A DNA stretch of 64,000 nt from a virus. Below the pieces are notes generated by a model. It was not told where the DNA came from. It saw only the letters and a program-made list of their open reading frames with translations, and did not search any database. Below, piece after piece: positions 27,939 to 37,668 of the stretch (position 1 is the stretch's first letter; each line of letters begins with the position of its first letter). The stretch is from positions 59,799-123,798 of IMG/VR virus record IMGVR_UViG_3300035158_000293. The stretch is one strand, 5' to 3'. Position numbers and translations under genes: made by a program.

Positions 27939-30215
27939 CTAATCCCGGTCCTGACTCCACTTGCAAGCGGGGCACACTTTTCGATCTTCGTCGTCCAAAT
28001 GCAACGGCGCACCACACGCAGGACACAAGCCGTGCTCTGCGTCGCGCAGTTTGAAGAGAATAGCGTGATTGTCTACCTTCGCCGCGTTGTCCTCAATGAA
28101 CCGACGAAGTACATGCGCTATACCATCCACACACGAGCGCACCGGCCCAAATTCAGGGTCCATACCCATTTTAGGGCATTGAATGCCCTCAATCTGGTCT
28201 AGTACTTCCTCGGGGCGTACACCACACCGCAACGCGAGTGAGATCAAACGCCCGAACGCCTGATTTTGAGAAGCCAAACACCCACCAGCCTTACCTACGT
28301 TTGCGAATACCTCAAACGCAGCACCACCAATGTGATTGATGGTCACAAACATGCTCCCACAACCCGTCTTGATTTTCGTAGTCTCCCCCAAGACCTTGGC
28401 GGGTCGAGGCAAAGGCTCGGGACATTGAACCTCCTGATCATCGTCCTCTTTGTCCTTCAACGCCATAGGCTGATCAGGGTAACTACCATTGCGATAAACG
28501 GTAACGCCCTTGACGCCCAACTCAATCGCGAGCTTGAACACCTTAGCGATGTCTTCCTCTGACGCCACAAACGGGAAATTGACCGTTTTTGAAACCGCGT
28601 TGTCAACGTGATGTTGAAAAGCTGCTTGCATCCTGACGTGCCACTCGGGACTGACATCGTGAGCACAAACGAAAAGTGCCTTTATATCAGGGGGAACCTC
28701 TTCGATGTGCTGTAACGAACCTTCTTCGTAGATGCGCTCAAAAAGCTCCTCACTCGCAAAGCCGTGTTGCACCGCCACAGATTTGAAGAACGGGTGTACC
28801 TCCATGATTTGCTGGTCTTTTTCGAGGATGTTCCGTTTGAACACGAAACTGAATAGCGGCTCAATTCCCGATGAACAACCTGCGATGATAGAGATTGTGC
28901 CCGTCGGAGCTATGGTCGTAATCGTGGCGTTCCGCATCGTAGTCCCTTTGTAAATGGACTTGTCAATGTTGGGAAACGGCCCTTTCTCCTTGCCTAACGC
29001 CTTCGACACCTCGTGGCCCCGCGTATTGATAAACTCCATAACCTCCTCGGCCAGCTTCGTAGCGGCACGCGAGTTATAGGGCAACTTCAAATAAAACAGA
29101 AGGTCAGCCCAACCCATGACGCCGAGCCCGATTTTACGGTTGCCGCGCACCATTTCCTGTATCTCAGGAAGCGGGAATTTCCCCATCGTCACCACGTTGT
29201 CGAGGAAGCGCACCGCAGTTTCCACGGCTATGTCCAAACTATCCCAGTCTATGCCGTCTGTTTCGGGATCGTAGAACTTGCTCAGGTTTATCGATCCCAA
29301 ATTGCACGCCTCGTAAGGCAGGAGAGGTTGCTCCCCACATGGGTTGGTGGCACAAATCTTTCCCACCTTGGGGGTTGGATTATCCTTATTGATCCTATCA
29401 ATAAAGATGACCCCCGGCTCACCTCGATTCCATGCACAAGCCACAATCAGGTCAAACACCGCCTGCGCAGATAACTTCCCTTCTGCTTTTTTCGTTCGCG
29501 GGTTGATCAAATCGTAGTCCTGCCCCTTTTCCAATGCCTCGAGAAACTTGTCGGTTACGGCAACCGACAAGTTGAAGTTGTTCATCTTGGTCAAGTCCTG
29601 CTTGATCCCTATGAACTCAATTATGTCGGGGTGGTCTACTCGCATGACGCCCATATTGGCACCGCGGCGAAACCCTCCCTGATTGATGCTATCGGTAGCT
29701 TGGTTGAATACTGCCATGAAAGGAAGCGGCCCTGAAGAGGTACCGTGCGACGTTGAAACTGTGTCACCTTTAGGACGTAGGCATGAAAAATCAAAACCCG
29801 TACCCCCACCGGACTTATGGACCTTGGCACCGTTCGTAACCCCGAGGAAAATGTCGTCCACCGAGTCACCTAACGGGAGCACAAAACACCCCGCGAGTTG
29901 CTGAAGCGTCCGTCCCGCGTTCATGAGCGTGGGCGAATTGGGCATAAACTCACATCGCGCCATAGCATTGTAAAACCGCACCGCCCACTCCAACACTACC
30001 TCGTTGGCCTTCTCACTCTTGCGATCCTTTTCAGGAACCTCCGCAGACGCAATGTTGTAAGCGACCCGCCAAAACATATCTTCTGGCGTCTCATTCGCTT
30101 TTTTGTACTGGTCCTTCTTCAGGTAACGCTCCCGAAGGACGCTCACAGCGTTCTCTGTCAGGTTGACTTTCGCTAAACGCTTTTTGTACTTCTCCGGCAA
30201 ATCTTCGCGCAACAT
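27939..30215 (-). CDS. nrdJ: Class II (adenosylcobalamin-dependent) ribonucleotide reductase
   Basis: FMPNSPTLMNAG, GCFV, RRGANM, TNPCGEQPL, TTIAPTGTIS, KGVTVYR, C-terminal TSCPD-like domain (RSCVD) and Zn ribbon. Confidence 0.95.
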   Translation of the reverse strand: MLREDLPEKYKKRLAKVNLTENAVSVLRERYLKKDQYKKANETPEDMFWRVAYNIASAEVPEKDRKSEKANEVVLEWAVRFYNAMARCEFMPNSPTLMNAGRTLQQLAGCFVLPLGDSVDDIFLGVTNGAKVHKSGGGTGFDFSCLRPKGDTVSTSHGTSSGPLPFMAVFNQATDSINQGGFRRGANMGVMRVDHPDIIEFIGIKQDLTKMNNFNLSVAVTDKFLEALEKGQDYDLINPRTKKAEGKLSAQAVFDLIVACAWNRGEPGVIFIDRINKDNPTPKVGKICATNPCGEQPLLPYEACNLGSINLSKFYDPETDGIDWDSLDIAVETAVRFLDNVVTMGKFPLPEIQEMVRGNRKIGLGVMGWADLLFYLKLPYNSRAATKLAEEVMEFINTRGHEVSKALGKEKGPFPNIDKSIYKGTTMRNATITTIAPTGTISIIAGCSSGIEPLFSFVFKRNILEKDQQIMEVHPFFKSVAVQHGFASEELFERIYEEGSLQHIEEVPPDIKALFVCAHDVSPEWHVRMQAAFQHHVDNAVSKTVNFPFVASEEDIAKVFKLAIELGVKGVTVYRNGSYPDQPMALKDKEDDDQEVQCPEPLPRPAKVLGETTKIKTGCGSMFVTINHIGGAAFEVFANVGKAGGCLASQNQAFGRLISLALRCGVRPEEVLDQIEGIQCPKMGMDPEFGPVRSCVDGIAHVLRRFIEDNAAKVDNHAILFKLRDAEHGLCPACGAPLHLDDEDRKVCPACKWSQDRD

Positions 30216-30256
30216 GACAACCCCCTAATCGACTCGATTGGTGTAGTTATTATGGT

Positions 30257-30517
30257 TTACAGCGGGCAGTTTCCATTCGGGCACTCTGGTCCGCTGAAAC
30301 TGTCTGCCCCTGCGTTGAAAGGTTTGTGCTTACCGTTTTTACCGTTGGTTCCGTTGGTTCTGTACACGCCGTTGGTGCCGCCTATACGGGCCAAACGGTT
30401 CTCAGGCAAACGAAGTGCTCCAAACGCCTCCAACCATTGATACAATGCGGACAACTCCTCGTCCGCTACGTCGTAAGTGTAAGTGCCACCGTCACTTTTG
30501 ATTGTAACCTCTGCCAT
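30257..30517 (-). CDS. Hypothetical protein
   Basis: AGGAG RBS; C-terminal CPNGNCPL. Confidence 0.5.
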   Translation of the reverse strand: MAEVTIKSDGGTYTYDVADEELSALYQWLEAFGALRLPENRLARIGGTNGVYRTNGTNGKNGKHKPFNAGADSFSGPECPNGNCPL

Positions 30518-30520
30518 CTG

Positions 30521-30802
30521 TTACTCCTGTTCTTTTTTAGGTAGTCGTATTTCACCTTGTCCTGTTTGCAAGTATTGCTTGGCCCGTTCGTTTTCCAAAC
30601 GTCGACGCTCTAACCACACCAAACCGCAGTCGACACAGTAAACGTACTGCTTGGAGGATCGACCTGTACCCTCCCGCACTTCGAGGCGGCGCACGCTAAT
30701 CTCGGCACCGCACTCGTCGCAAGCTTTACGCATTCTTGAATTGACGGCTCTCACCTCTACACGTCGAGGTCCATGCCATAATCCGGGCTTGCGTCGACCC
30801 AT
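30521..30802 (-). CDS. Zn-finger hypothetical protein
   Basis: CDECG..YCVDC. Confidence 0.55.
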   Translation of the reverse strand: MGRRKPGLWHGPRRVEVRAVNSRMRKACDECGAEISVRRLEVREGTGRSSKQYVYCVDCGLVWLERRRLENERAKQYLQTGQGEIRLPKKEQE

Positions 30803-30844
30803 ACTATCACCGTCCTCATATTGCTGAAAAAGTGAAATGCCGCG

Positions 30845-31198
30845 TTACGAGGTTTCTTCGTTGTGTTCACGGATTTCATCGTAGGTCGCCGGTGTTGGAG
30901 GGGTAACTGTCCCCGCCTCCAAACCCTGATAGGTTGTGACCACCGTATGAGTAGCGTAACCCCAATCTTGGATTAACTCCCACACGGTTTTTCCAACCCA
31001 ATCGCCGGGAACCCAAGTGTTGCCGGATTCGTCGGCCAACTTCTCCACCGCAGTAGTCATATCTGTTGAAGTGGGAATGCACACCCCAGCATCTTGCCTG
31101 CGCATAGGGTACAATTTCAACAATGCCCGTGTTACGGTATCGTTCGGCCCTGCAAAGCCCGGATCACGAAATATGTTTGTTGCCACCGTTACCCTCAC
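30845..31198 (-). CDS. Hypothetical protein
   Basis: Packed ORF. Confidence 0.5.
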   Translation of the reverse strand: MRVTVATNIFRDPGFAGPNDTVTRALLKLYPMRRQDAGVCIPTSTDMTTAVEKLADESGNTWVPGDWVGKTVWELIQDWGYATHTVVTTYQGLEAGTVTPPTPATYDEIREHNEETS

Positions 31199-31670
31199 GT
31201 TCGCGTTCGTGTTGCTTGGCCCTCAAAATCCACAATGCTCGGTCCACCGCGTCCGCCGCTCTCTTCTTACCACTTTTCAACCCGTTACTACACAGGACGT
31301 CGTCGGCCTGCTCCAAAAACTGTTCCACGATAAAAAGCGACTGTGTTACCACGTCCACTACCTCGCGGGGTGATACACACGGCTCTTCATCGCCACGACT
31401 TTCCACCAACGCCTTGAACAACAGATGGTCGTCCTGCGCTCCTGCGCTTTTGTTGGGTTTGTGGACTCTCTGATAGTACGCCACAGCGTCCATAATCCCC
31501 TCAACAACCTCTCTGCGTTCAAACGCGCACCGACCAGCATAATACCGGAGGGTCGGTAGTGCAAGAGGATCATCCCCGCAGAGGATAAAATAAGGCCATT
31601 CCGGGGGGTGCCCATCACGCCCAAATACTGCGTGATCAAACACCTGCGTCACTCTCTGGTTCATCGACAT
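31164..31670 (-). CDS. Hypothetical protein
   Basis: Packed ORF; FILCGDDPLA..LRYYA motif. Confidence 0.5.
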   Translation of the reverse strand: MSMNQRVTQVFDHAVFGRDGHPPEWPYFILCGDDPLALPTLRYYAGRCAFERREVVEGIMDAVAYYQRVHKPNKSAGAQDDHLLFKALVESRGDEEPCVSPREVVDVVTQSLFIVEQFLEQADDVLCSNGLKSGKKRAADAVDRALWILRAKQHEREREGNGGNKHIS

Positions 31671-32274
31671 CTTTCTCATCCAAAGGTAGTTCTTCCTTTT
31701 TCGTCTCCGCACCTTCTTCATGCGCGGCCCCCGCCAACGTAGGCAGGGTCTTCCCAAACATTTCCTGCAAAGTCTCGGGCGTCAAGGACATAAACTCACC
31801 ACCCAATGATTCCCCGGTGTAGCCCGCGGCCTCCTTCATACGGCCTATTGCCTTTTCAATCGCCGCCTCGATAACCTCGGGGCTGAAGTGGTCGGCAACG
31901 TCGACGCCCTCTGTACGATCCGCAATACGCTTAACAAGCTCCGTAGCGGACTGCAAAGCTGTGCGTTTAGCCACGAAGTAATGCCCGAAGTCTTCCGGCT
32001 CCAATTTACCCTGCGCCTCCAATGCCTTGTGTGCTTTCTTCTGTGCCTTGAAGTAGTTGTGGTAAACATTCGTGACTGCACCCTCGGCCCACTCTTCCAA
32101 CCTGTCGCGCAGATACAGGTAAAACCGCTCTTTCCGGTCTTGTGTGGAATCCAACTGTTCACGGGTGTCTTTTCGCCACCGTGCCCACCAACGACTCCCA
32201 CCCAACACAACCCATAAAAAGACTACGACGTAAGCCAGAATTTGTACCCACGCGCTATTCAAAAACTCTTCCAT
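31636..32274 (-). CDS. Membrane protein, possible LL-H-type holin
   Basis: Single N-terminal TM segment followed by basic residues; IEAAIEKAI motif; AGGAG RBS. Confidence 0.45.
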   Translation of the reverse strand: MEEFLNSAWVQILAYVVVFLWVVLGGSRWWARWRKDTREQLDSTQDRKERFYLYLRDRLEEWAEGAVTNVYHNYFKAQKKAHKALEAQGKLEPEDFGHYFVAKRTALQSATELVKRIADRTEGVDVADHFSPEVIEAAIEKAIGRMKEAAGYTGESLGGEFMSLTPETLQEMFGKTLPTLAGAAHEEGAETKKEELPLDEKDVDEPESDAGV

Positions 32275-32612
32275 CACCCGCTCCTTTGTTTCTTGTCCGG
32301 CACGATACCACACCGGCCTGAAATTTTGGTCGTGTACTCTTTACACCGGTTATACACGTCTGACAACATTGACGTTGTGTCAAAAAACTCTGGTGGCACC
32401 GGATAACCCTCTGTCAAATCTCGAAACATCGTCACCGTGATCTTCGTCCAATGTTTGAAGTTCGCGGTAGTGAAGAAACATAAACCTTCTGTTGGGCTGA
32501 ACGCCAAGTGGCACGCCCCATTACCATCCAAAACGTCGAATACGATGATCACATGGTCGGCCATCGCTGGACAGTAAGGAGCCAAGAAGTAACCTATGAT
32601 GCGAGCATTCAT
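32274..32612 (-). CDS. Hypothetical protein
   Basis: Start/stop overlaps with both neighbours. Confidence 0.55.
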   Translation of the reverse strand: MNARIIGYFLAPYCPAMADHVIIVFDVLDGNGACHLAFSPTEGLCFFTTANFKHWTKITVTMFRDLTEGYPVPPEFFDTTSMLSDVYNRCKEYTTKISGRCGIVPDKKQRSG

Positions 32613-32980
32613 TCTTCATCGTTTGGTTTTGTGGTGTTTGTAGGGTTGTCAACCTCGCGCAGAGTGCAACCAAGTTCATTGGCCATGTGTTCCAGATTGG
32701 TAAGCAACCCGGTGTGTACTGTGTTAAGCACCTGAACAGCTACCGCGATTGCGCCTGCAAGGGTTTTTCGATACCCTTTCTTCTCCGCCTCTTCAACATA
32801 CTCTGGTAAGGTTTCCCTCACCATGACTTCAAAAGCCACGCGCCCGTAGTCAGGCGACAGCCGAAAGAGTTTTATGCGTTGACTCTCTGCACTCTTTCTA
32901 GCGTGCTGGTCCCTGCGGACCTTTAGGTTTGGGACGTCGATTGGGGTCAGGTCTTGCTTCGGGCGTTGCTCTTCCATCAC
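32609..32980 (-). CDS. Hypothetical protein
   Basis: Packed ORF. Confidence 0.55.
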   Translation of the reverse strand: MMEEQRPKQDLTPIDVPNLKVRRDQHARKSAESQRIKLFRLSPDYGRVAFEVMVRETLPEYVEEAEKKGYRKTLAGAIAVAVQVLNTVHTGLLTNLEHMANELGCTLREVDNPTNTTKPNDEE

Positions 32981-33536
32981 CTTTCCTTTTCTTCACTTCC
33001 TCAAGTTTACGCAAAAGCTCTAACCGCTTACCTTGCAGTTCATCGTGCGTAGAAGCTTCCGGCATAGAAGGTGCAGACGCGGCTTCACTCTGTTCTGGTT
33101 CTGGTCGGTTTGCGTCTTGGCGGGCGTCGAATGCTCCTATGTACTTTTTGTGCTTTTCCTTGTAGTCTCTAACCGCGCCTTTTATGGCATTCGCCGTGTC
33201 CTGCACGCCTTGTTTAACATTTGCAAACGTCAAGTCCACAAAACGATGCAACGCGCCTGTACGACAAGGTACATGGAAACCCTTTTGTTCAAGCTTACGC
33301 CCAACTACATTGACGCTTGAATCGTCTTCGGACAGCCTTGGCTTTGGTCCAGACTGCACTTGTTGTGGATCGTATTTCGGCGCTTCCTTTTCCGGCACGA
33401 CGTACACGCTTCTAGGGAATACCCTGCGGACACGATAGACTGCATCCACTACCAAAGAATCGGGGTCATCCAACTTCGTTGGCCCAACGAAACGCAACCG
33501 GAGTCCGGGATACAACTGATCAAGCGCCAGCGCCAT
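32898..33536 (-). CDS. Hypothetical protein
   Basis: GGAGG RBS. Confidence 0.55.
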   Translation of the reverse strand: MALALDQLYPGLRLRFVGPTKLDDPDSLVVDAVYRVRRVFPRSVYVVPEKEAPKYDPQQVQSGPKPRLSEDDSSVNVVGRKLEQKGFHVPCRTGALHRFVDLTFANVKQGVQDTANAIKGAVRDYKEKHKKYIGAFDARQDANRPEPEQSEAASAPSMPEASTHDELQGKRLELLRKLEEVKKRKGDGRATPEARPDPNRRPKPKGPQGPAR

Positions 33537-33903
33537 CAACGTCCTCCAAACCGGGAACACTCTGGTCGTCGAGGGTGTCCAAAGCCTGCTCTGCTTGCTT
33601 CAAGGCGTCCTCGTCGATTTCTGAAAACTCTGCGTACATTCCGGGGGCCGCACAAGGGATTTGACGGTCGTCATCAATATACGCCACAAGGTCTACAACC
33701 TCCTCGATAGGATAGTAACGAAGACCCAAACGATCTCCCCCCTCGGAATCCTTAACCACAGTTATCAGAGGCAAATTAGCCAAGTTACCTTCGGCGTGTA
33801 AAGGCAGAGCCGTAGTGTGTACACGCCCATAAACTGTTTCTTGACTTGGCCCGTGCGTGAAACACACCTCGACATAAAGCAAATCGTCCACTACATCCCC
33901 CAA
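33520..33903 (-). CDS. Acidic hypothetical protein
   Basis: Packed ORF. Confidence 0.5.
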   Translation of the reverse strand: MGDVVDDLLYVEVCFTHGPSQETVYGRVHTTALPLHAEGNLANLPLITVVKDSEGGDRLGLRYYPIEEVVDLVAYIDDDRQIPCAAPGMYAEFSEIDEDALKQAEQALDTLDDQSVPGLEDVDGAGA

Positions 33904-34070
33904 TCTGCACAGAGACTTGTGGCGTCCCGATACATATTTGGTTTTGTTGGGAGTTAGCCCGTTGACATGTTTTTTCAGCGTTGCATGTCGCGTAGCCCGG
34001 AAACGTGCTCGTTACTCCCGCGGTCCATTTAATAGTATAGCACGGATTTCGACGAGTGCAAGTTGAACCC

Positions 34071-34457
34071 CTATTTTTTATGCCTATCTTCACACTCCCA
34101 CCCGTCCAAAGTACACCTCAAAACCTTGCCACACCAACAGTTACCGCGTACCGGCAAACGATAAAACGACGTTTCGCGATAACCCTCCTCACCTGACGCA
34201 ATAGACGGCTCTGGAAGGCGTTCTTTTAGGTTTTCGATAACGGACACCACATCAGGCATCAAAATCGCTTCTGCGGGCGCTGGTGGGCTTTCTTCGGGCG
34301 TTGTGACGAAGGCTTCCGGTTCCCATGTCACACCCGGCATCTCACGTAGTCGAATACCGCCGGTGTGTTTCTCCACTTCCGAAATGACAAAAGCCCCGGC
34401 ACCGTAACGCTCACGGTCGCTGGGGCTTTGGAAAAACACTCGGTCTCCGGGCCTCAT
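34071..34457 (-). CDS. Hypothetical protein
   Basis: Coupled to the upstream ORF; begins MRPGDRV. Confidence 0.55.
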   Translation of the reverse strand: MRPGDRVFFQSPSDRERYGAGAFVISEVEKHTGGIRLREMPGVTWEPEAFVTTPEESPPAPAEAILMPDVVSVIENLKERLPEPSIASGEEGYRETSFYRLPVRGNCWCGKVLRCTLDGWECEDRHKK

Positions 34458-34951
34458 TCCTTCGCCTCGAATTTGACCCGAACACTCTTCGTCGGCTTGG
34501 TGCTCGCTTTCACGTTGGCCGCGAAAACCTCGGCGTCGAACACTTCACCCCGCAAGGTAGCGAGAGCCTCTGCGAGGTCCATAGCCTCACCCTTCCACGA
34601 GGGGCGACGCTGTTCCGTTTCCAGCACCTTGACGGCAAAATTGCCGTCCTCGAAGTCCCCGCCTGCCGCATGGACAGCTTTGGCGTGCGCCTCCAGACGC
34701 TTGAGGGCGGTCTTGGCCTCCGACAAGAGCCTCACAAGGTCCAGCCCGAAACGCGCCTGATCCTGCGTCACGCGCGTTTCTGACTCGTCGAGCGAGGCAG
34801 TAAGTTGCTGTGCCCGTTCTTGCAGAAGGTCGGTTAGTCCCGCGAGGGAAGGTAGAGCTTCGTTAGCGACAGGAGGTGTAAAAAGGCTCGGGCTCGACGT
34901 CGCCGGTTTTTTGGCCTTCTTGGGCCTTGGCTTCCTCTTTTTCTTCGCCAT
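34454..34951 (-). CDS. Hypothetical protein
   Basis: AGGGAAG RBS; Lys-rich N-terminus. Confidence 0.6.
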   Translation of the reverse strand: MAKKKRKPRPKKAKKPATSSPSLFTPPVANEALPSLAGLTDLLQERAQQLTASLDESETRVTQDQARFGLDLVRLLSEAKTALKRLEAHAKAVHAAGGDFEDGNFAVKVLETEQRRPSWKGEAMDLAEALATLRGEVFDAEVFAANVKASTKPTKSVRVKFEAKE

Positions 34952-34976
34952 TCTCTTCCCTTTCGTTGTCGTTCAG

Positions 34977-35008
34977 AAAAAAGGCCCGGTCGGTGGGGAA
35001 CCGGGCCT
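34977..35008 (-). terminator. Intrinsic terminator
   Basis: AGGCCCGGT..ACCGGGCCT followed by TTTTT. Confidence 0.8.
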
Positions 35009-35030
35009 CGAACATGCCGGGGGGTCGAGA

Positions 35031-35441
35031 TCAGAAACCCGGCACGGTGTAGAGCCTGTTGATGCACTCCGCGAGGGCGTCTGCGTCGTTCTCGGGAACG
35101 GCCTCGGGGCTGAGGGCGGCGAGCAGGCCGCGTGCCTTGACGACCAACTGCCACGTAAGCACGACAACGGGGGTGTCCTCGGAGGAGGCGGCGAACTCGA
35201 CGAGCCTCTTAGCGGCGAAGATGTATGCCGCTTTCCTCATTTGGAGCGTGGGGGCGTCACCGGCGGCGTACTTGATCTGCCGGTACTCGTCGTAGCTGGC
35301 GGGGTCTCTTGTCTGAAGCACCTCGACCGGGGTACGCCGGATTTCGCGCACCATTGCCTCGGCCACGGTCACGACATGATACTCGCCATCGACCTCGTGA
35401 AACGGATTGACAGCTTCGTTCAGCGCAGTCTTGTAATCCAT
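35031..35441 (-). CDS. Hypothetical early protein, monocistronic
   Basis: Flanked by a consensus promoter and a terminator; AAGGGA RBS. Confidence 0.65.
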   Translation of the reverse strand: MDYKTALNEAVNPFHEVDGEYHVVTVAEAMVREIRRTPVEVLQTRDPASYDEYRQIKYAAGDAPTLQMRKAAYIFAAKRLVEFAASSEDTPVVVLTWQLVVKARGLLAALSPEAVPENDADALAECINRLYTVPGF

Positions 35442-35528
35442 GTCTTGTCCCTTCTCCGAGCGACGATTCAAAAAAGGCGGAGCCGGTCGTCGTCGCCCAA
35501 CCAGCCCGTTTTTCAAGTCTTCACCCAT

Positions 35529-35557
35529 ATTATACCCGATGGATCGCGGGGTGTCAA
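35529..35557 (-). promoter_or_regulatory. Perfect consensus sigma70 promoter
   Basis: TTGACA-17bp-TATAAT with upstream T-tract. Confidence 0.9.
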
Positions 35558-35613
35558 GCGAATTTCAAAAAAAATTTCCGGGACCGGCGGGAATTACACG
35601 GTAAAATCTGGCC

Positions 35614-35829
35614 TCACCTGTATTTATCGCGACCTGTGCGTCGGACAATTTTCAGATTCCCCGCCTCGATCCACTTCACGAACCGGTACGCCTCACACCG
35701 CTCCGCGCAGTATTTGCGCAGGATGTTCCGCTCCCCGCCTGCCTCCAAATCCTGTATCGCCTGCCACACACGACAGCCGGAGAGACTACAGTACTCCCGT
35801 AAGAATTTATGCGATTGGGCGTCGCTCAC
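35614..35829 (-). CDS. Hypothetical protein
   Basis: Start overlaps the stop of the upstream ORF. Confidence 0.45.
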   Translation of the reverse strand: MSDAQSHKFLREYCSLSGCRVWQAIQDLEAGGERNILRKYCAERCEAYRFVKWIEAGNLKIVRRTGRDKYR

Positions 35830-36059
35830 TTTTCGTTCTCGCGCTTATCCGTGGCCTCCGTGGACTCGTCGGCTTTCCCGTCCGGGGTTTTCGGTCGGAT
35901 CACCGGCGCACCGGTTTTCTTGTCCACACCGCCTATCACGGTGGCGTCCTCTACAAGTGGACCGGCCAATTTGCCTTTCCCTTTGCATTTGGGGCAAGGG
36001 ATGCACTCACCATCCGATAACCTGATGACTTTTTCGCCTTTGCATTTGTCACACAGCAT
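35826..36059 (-). CDS. Small DnaJ-type Zn-finger protein
   Basis: CDKCKGEK..CPKCKGKG. Confidence 0.55.
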   Translation of the reverse strand: MLCDKCKGEKVIRLSDGECIPCPKCKGKGKLAGPLVEDATVIGGVDKKTGAPVIRPKTPDGKADESTEATDKRENEK

Positions 36060-36111
36060 ACTACCGCCGTCCTTTCCTCGTTGACATTGTGTCAAACGTC
36101 AAACCTAGAAG

Positions 36112-36145
36112 AAAAACCGGGGGGCGACATACAGCCGTCCCCCGG
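36112..36145 (-). terminator. Intrinsic terminator
   Basis: CCGGGGGACG..CGCCCCCCGG followed by TTTTT. Confidence 0.65.
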
Positions 36146-36264
36146 CCACGGAAAAGGGTTATCCTTCTTTCCAAATTTTCGTTGTTTCCTCGCTGAACCG
36201 CTTTTTCAACGCACCGCTCTCGTAAAGAGAGAGCACCGATTTCGCTCGTGCTTCCGAAGATCGC

Positions 36265-36972
36265 TTATCGCCGCCCACAACATACCTCCTTCGCCGCCTG
36301 CATGATTTCCTCTCGGAACATCTCGACAAACATCTGTATTGCCCTTGCACCGTGTAGCCACGCGCATGAGCGCTCGACAGAAACACCCTGCAAGGGGAGC
36401 ATTATACAAGGGTCTTTTGAGAAAAGCGCCAAAAGTTCGGGTGTGAGTTTGTGGACACCACGCCGAAAAACCTCGCGGAAGTCCACCGCAAACCACCGCT
36501 GTCCCTCTATCCGAGCAAACACACCATGAGGAACGCTCCCGTCCTTGGACCAGACAACCCTCCCCGTCCCTTGCTCACGGTAAAGGTGGTCGTCAAACCC
36601 CGGAACAGGCTCGTAGACACAACAACACTCTGCGTCCCACTTGGCTTGGACGTGTAACGCCTCAACCACGTCGTGGTACCAGTCGCGAACAGAACAGCGC
36701 AAGCGGTCCAACGCCTCTTGCGCTTCCTGAAGCGCCTCCCCAAACGTAGCGGCGCTCCGGGCTGTCAACGTCTCCCGCCACACACGCAGATTGGCCACCA
36801 CGAGGTACGCCTGCACAACGGGTTCTCCGGGCGCGACGAACAAATCGGTATCCGTCTGCGTCGGTACGATTTCCCATTGTGGCGCTTGCACGTCTGGATA
36901 CGTCCGCGCAAGCTCTGGCGTGCCATAATGGTTGAGCACCGCCAGCATGTCCGAACAATCTCGCACTCGCAT
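36265..36972 (-). CDS. Hypothetical early protein
   Basis: GGAGG RBS before MRVRD, with a promoter directly upstream. Confidence 0.6.
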   Translation of the reverse strand: MRVRDCSDMLAVLNHYGTPELARTYPDVQAPQWEIVPTQTDTDLFVAPGEPVVQAYLVVANLRVWRETLTARSAATFGEALQEAQEALDRLRCSVRDWYHDVVEALHVQAKWDAECCCVYEPVPGFDDHLYREQGTGRVVWSKDGSVPHGVFARIEGQRWFAVDFREVFRRGVHKLTPELLALFSKDPCIMLPLQGVSVERSCAWLHGARAIQMFVEMFREEIMQAAKEVCCGRR

Positions 36973-37008
36973 GGTTATCCCTCCACAGGTACGTCGCTCT
37001 CCAATCAC

Positions 37009-37037
37009 ATTATCGTCCATACACCCCCGGAAGTCAA
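37009..37037 (-). promoter_or_regulatory. Sigma70-type promoter
   Basis: TTGACT-17bp-GATAAT with A/T tracts upstream. Confidence 0.7.
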
Positions 37038-37077
37038 GTTTTTTCTCAAAAATCTTCGCAGACGGCGAGAAACGCAA

Positions 37078-37536
37078 TCAAAATGGCGTTTTGAAATCCA
37101 AGCCGTCAACGTCCCTTGTACCATGTTCCTCGGGGTCGTCCAAATCAACATAGGAATCAGCACCTTCAAGGGTGTATTGATAGATGTACATGGTGCTCCA
37201 AACCTCATGTAGTACCTGCACATACAGATCATGCCCCCAAACCCTTGCCGCCTCACTCTTGAAATTGGAGAACTGTTGATCCTCGATTAATTGCGTGACC
37301 ACCTCAATCCAGTCCTCTTTCCTCACAATGAGCCTGTATCGGTAGTCCTTGTTTGGGGTTTCCTTAATCTCTATGTCCCCCAACAACTTGCCGCACACAC
37401 TCTTGAGCGCATTCAGATGATCTTTGTCTCGCGCCCGTATCTGTATTACCTCTGGATCGGGCTGACCCTTTTTAGGCCCTGTTAAATGTAAGCCGCAAGT
37501 GGCGCTGAAAAAGCCGTAAGGCGTGAAAAACCACAT
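37078..37536 (-). CDS. Conserved-looking phage hypothetical protein
   Basis: MWFFTPYGFFS..IRAR..HL..DYRYR..FSNFK pattern; AAGGGG RBS. Confidence 0.65.
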   Translation of the reverse strand: MWFFTPYGFFSATCGLHLTGPKKGQPDPEVIQIRARDKDHLNALKSVCGKLLGDIEIKETPNKDYRYRLIVRKEDWIEVVTQLIEDQQFSNFKSEAARVWGHDLYVQVLHEVWSTMYIYQYTLEGADSYVDLDDPEEHGTRDVDGLDFKTPF

Positions 37537-37594
37537 ACTTAGCCCCCTTCCGTGGAAAGCAACGACGCTTGACACAATGTCAAGCTTCACCCAC

Positions 37595-37623
37595 AGTATA
37601 TCCGCCATGCCGGGGAAAATCAA
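37595..37623 (-). promoter_or_regulatory. Sigma70-type promoter with a palindrome copy just downstream
   Basis: TTGATT-17bp-TATACT; palindrome at 37569-37583. Confidence 0.7.
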
Positions 37624-37668
37624 GTTAATTTTCAAAAAAATTTCCGGGGGTGCCGAGAATCATCGTGA

